The position numbers were made by a program, and so were the translations under genes. DNA of 63,209 bases, the filler included, from Octopus bimaculoides (lineage: Eukaryota): the NCBI RefSeq assembly GCF_001194135.2. It is 11 parts of 11 records of this genome, joined end to end, with 100 filler letters (N's around TTAATTAATTAA, not from the genome) between each part and the next. Parts side by side here need not be neighbours in the genome. Positions count along the whole stretch, not along the records: positions 59,648 to 63,209 come from NW_026317945.1; 10 more parts are not named here. One strand, written 5' to 3'. Under the pieces are notes generated by a model. The model was not told the origin of the DNA. It was given only the letters and a program-made list of their open reading frames with translations, and made no database searches. Each line of letters opens with the position of its first letter. The first letter of the stretch is position 1. Shown one piece after another: positions 59,991 through 63,209 of the stretch.

Positions 59991-60490
59991 TACATTTGTA
60001 ATGAAGTTCACTGATTTGCAATGTCTTGTACATAAGGTCTGTAGTTTGTATATTTACAAAACATTGACGAACATGAGTTATATTGTAGTGAATGCTTGTG
60101 TTTACGTGCGCGTGTATGTGTTTGAGAGAGCGAGAGAGAAGAGGGAGAGAGGAAAAGAGAGAGAGGTGGAGAAAGGAATAGAGAACGGGAGCAATGAAGA
60201 GAGAGAAAGAGAGGAAGGGAGAACGCGTGCTTTATAAGAAACACACAGAAACTAAATTTTATATCTATAATGTTGATGTGTGTATATGTTTATGTGTATG
60301 TTGTTGTCACAGATCACGTATGTGTGATTGTGTGTGTTTTTACGTTTCTGTGTCATGAAAAATATGTTAGAGACAGAGGGATAGAAGAAAGCTATTAAAT
60401 GGGAGAGAGGATGAAGAACGAAGTAAGAGTGAAAATGTAGAAGGAAAGAATAGTCTTAAAGCAAGTTAATCTATGATTTTGTATATATCA

Positions 60491-60534
<44 letters not shown>

Positions 60535-61300
60535 NNNNNNNNNNNNNNNNNNNNNNNNNNNNNNNNNNNNNNNNNNNNNNNNNNNNNNNNNNNNNNNNNN
60601 NNNNNNNNNNNNNNNNNNNNNNNNNNNNNNNNNNNNNNNNNNNNNNNNNNNNNNNNNNNNNNNNNNNNNNNNNNNNNNNNNNNNNNNNNNNNNNNNNNNN
60701 NNNNNNNNNNNNNNNNNNNNNNNNNNNNNNNNNNNNNNNNNNNNNNNNNNNNNNNNNNNNNNNNNNNNNNNNNNNNNNNNNNNNNNNNNNNNNNNNNNNN
60801 NNNNNNNNNNNNNNNNNNNNNNNNNNNNNNNNNNNNNNNNNNNNNNNNNNNNNNNNNNNNNNNNNNNNNNNNNNNNNNNNNNNNNNNNNNNNNNNNNNNN
60901 NNNNNNNNNNNNNNNNNNNNNNNNNNNNNNNNNNNNNNNNNNNNNNNNNNNNNNNNNNNNNNNNNNNNNNNNNNNNNNNNNNNNNNNNNNNNNNNNNNNN
61001 NNNNNNNNNNNNNNNNNNNNNNNNNNNNNNNNNNNNNNNNNNNNNNNNNNNNNNNNNNNNNNNNNNNNNNNNNNNNNNNNNNNNNNNNNNNNNNNNNNNN
61101 NNNNNNNNNNNNNNNNNNNNNNNNNNNNNNNNNNNNNNNNNNNNNNNNNNNNNNNNNNNNNNNNNNNNNNNNNNNNNNNNNNNNNNNNNNNNNNNNNNNN
61201 NNNNNNNNNNNNNNNNNNNNNNNNNNNNNNNNNNNNNNNNNNNNNNNNNNNNNNNNNNNNNNNNNNNNNNNNNNNNNNNNNNNNNNNNNNNNNNNNNNNN

Positions 61301-61418
61301 AGTTGACTTTGCCTTTCATCCTTTCGGGGTCTAAAAAATAGGTACCAGTTGAACACAGGGGTCGATATAATCGACTATCCTCCACCTGCCCCAAGCCGCC
61401 CTTGTGGGAAAAATTTAA

Positions 61419-61473
<55 letters not shown>
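61301..61473 (+). mobile_element. SINE family B 3' part with (AAT)n tail
   Basis: GTTGACTTTGCCTTTCATCCTTTCGGGGTC...GGGGTCGATATAATCGAC...CCCTTGTGGG, then (AAT)n. Confidence 0.88.
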
Positions 61474-61477
<4 letters not shown>

Positions 61478-61611
61478 CCTCTGCCGATCAAACTCCCAAC
61501 CCACAAGTAAGTCTTAAGTGTATATGTATATGGGCAACAAACACACACACACACACACAAACACACACTAAATAAAAATTGTTAGTAAGTAAAAATGTTT
61601 TTAAAAAGATT

Positions 61612-61727
61612 GTTAAATTTTCAGATTAACATCGGCACGATTTTCACTACAGTGTTAGGGTTAGGGTTTTAGGGTCAGGGTTAGGATGTGGTAGGTAATG
61701 GTGCGGGTGTTGATCTCAAGATTTACG
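61612..61727. mobile_element. Second, shorter copy of the telomeric-core MITE in opposite orientation
   Basis: TIRs match the first copy at 27/31 and 25/31 positions; core TTAGGGTTAGGGTTTTAGGGTCAGGGTTAGG. Confidence 0.85.
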
Positions 61728-61991
61728 AAAAGATTTTCAAAAAAACTCACAGTTTGTAGGGAATAAATGTTTGTCGATCGTATTTGAAAAAGATGTCTCG
61801 CTATTTTATTTTTGTTGTTATCATGGTGAAGGACGGAGTTAGAAATGGAAAGTAAACTTACAATTCCCGCCAATTAGAATGAGGTCATTGGTAACCATAG
61901 GTACATATGTATGTGTGTATTTACGTATGATTGGTAGTGTGTCTGTTTATTTGACTCTCAGTCTTTTTCTTTCGTTTCTTTGTCTTTTTTC

Positions 61992-62346
61992 TTGGATCGT
62001 TCGTAAACGTTCATAAGAGAAATTAGCAATTGAAACGATTTGTAAGAGGAGTAGAAATAGTTAAGTAGATTGTTTTACAGGGTAAAAGTGATTTTCTATG
62101 TAGTTTGGATATTTGTCATTATAGTATCGAAATGTGATTGTTTCAGTTTTGATACTGAAATAGTTTTCTTTTACTGTCAGTGTTTCTCCTTCCTTTCTTT
62201 TTGTATTTGTTGTTGGATTGTTCGTAAAGATTCATAAGATAAAGTAGGAGTTGAAAGGATTTGAAAAAGTATTAGAAAGAGGAAATAATATTTTATTAGA
62301 GGGGAAAATGTTACTTTTTGTAGTTTTATGGATTTTATTCGTCATT
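61992..62346. repeat. Diverged tandem duplication, period about 221 bp
   Basis: TTGGAT.GTTCGTAAA..TTCATAAGA.AAA.TAG...TTGAAA.GATTTG at 61992 and 62213, with matching downstream TGTAGTTT..GTCATT. Confidence 0.75.
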
Positions 62347-63209
62347 CGGAGTTATTTTGACTGAAATCATGACGCTGTGACCTCACTTATTGTATTTAGA
62401 ATATTAATTGCGATTCTTTAATCCAAGAAATTTGGAATTGTGTAAATGTATGAACTTTAAACATACACACACACAGAGAAAANNNNNNNNNNNNNNNNNN
62501 NNNNNNNNNNNNNNNNNNNNNNNNNNNNNNNNNNNNNNNNNNNNNNNNNNNNNNNNNNNNNNNNNNNNNNNNNNNNNNNNNNNNNNNNNNNNNNNNNNNN
62601 NNNNNNNNNNNNNNNNNNNNNNNNNNNNNNNNNNNNNNNNNNNNNNNNNNNNNNNNNNNNNNNNNNNNNNNNNNNNNNNNNNNNNNNNNNNNNNNNNNNN
62701 NNNNNNNNNNNNNNNNNNNNNNNNNNNNNNNNNNNNNNNNNNNNNNNNNNNNNNNNNNNNNNNNNNNNNNNNNNNNNNNNNNNNNNNNNNNNNNNNNNNN
62801 NNNNNNNNNNNNNNNNNNNNNNNNNNNNNNNNNNNNNNNNNNNNNNNNNNNNNNNNNNNNNNNNNNNNNNNNNNNNNNNNNNNNNNNNNNNNNNNNNNNN
62901 NNNNNNNNNNNNNNNNNNNNTATATATATACATGTATATATATATATATGTATATATATAGATGTATATGTATACATGTATATGTATACCTGTATAGATG
63001 TATATGCTTGTAAAAGAGAGCAAAGCTACAGGAAACCAAAAGATGAATGATCACAATAAGCAGTCAGCTACCCTACCTTAGTCGTTACTACTCCCAAGTG
63101 TAGGATTCCTCACCATACAGGTGATAGGCACAACCGTAAGATGCATTACGGATCTATATATGTATGTATAGATGTATATGTATAGATGTATATATATATA
63201 TATATATAT

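Overview
AT-rich, repeat-dense eukaryotic DNA with many assembly gaps. The SINE families and TTAGGG repeats suggest a coleoid cephalopod, probably an octopus (inference from recalled families, not a search). No intact host gene could be identified; the only exon candidate with a strong splice signal is on the minus strand at 19853. The window is mostly microsatellites, at least four tRNA-derived SINE families, MITEs and decayed transposons: Penelope-like GIY-YIG fragments, RTE, R4/NeSL-type and CR1/L2-type LINEs, mariner, hAT and a probable Academ. Seven Penelope-type minimal hammerhead ribozyme motifs were read by eye. Most notable: (1) a non-coding element with a tRNA-derived Pol III head, an (AAT)n spacer and a hammerhead, inserted as a head-to-head pair inside one 13-bp target-site duplication (55473-56011); (2) two copies of a MITE whose core is telomeric repeat (59797-59990, 61612-61727); (3) SINE heads fused directly to Penelope 3' fragments; (4) a perfect 34-bp GC-rich palindrome. 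All assignments come from manual reading and translation; no searches were run.
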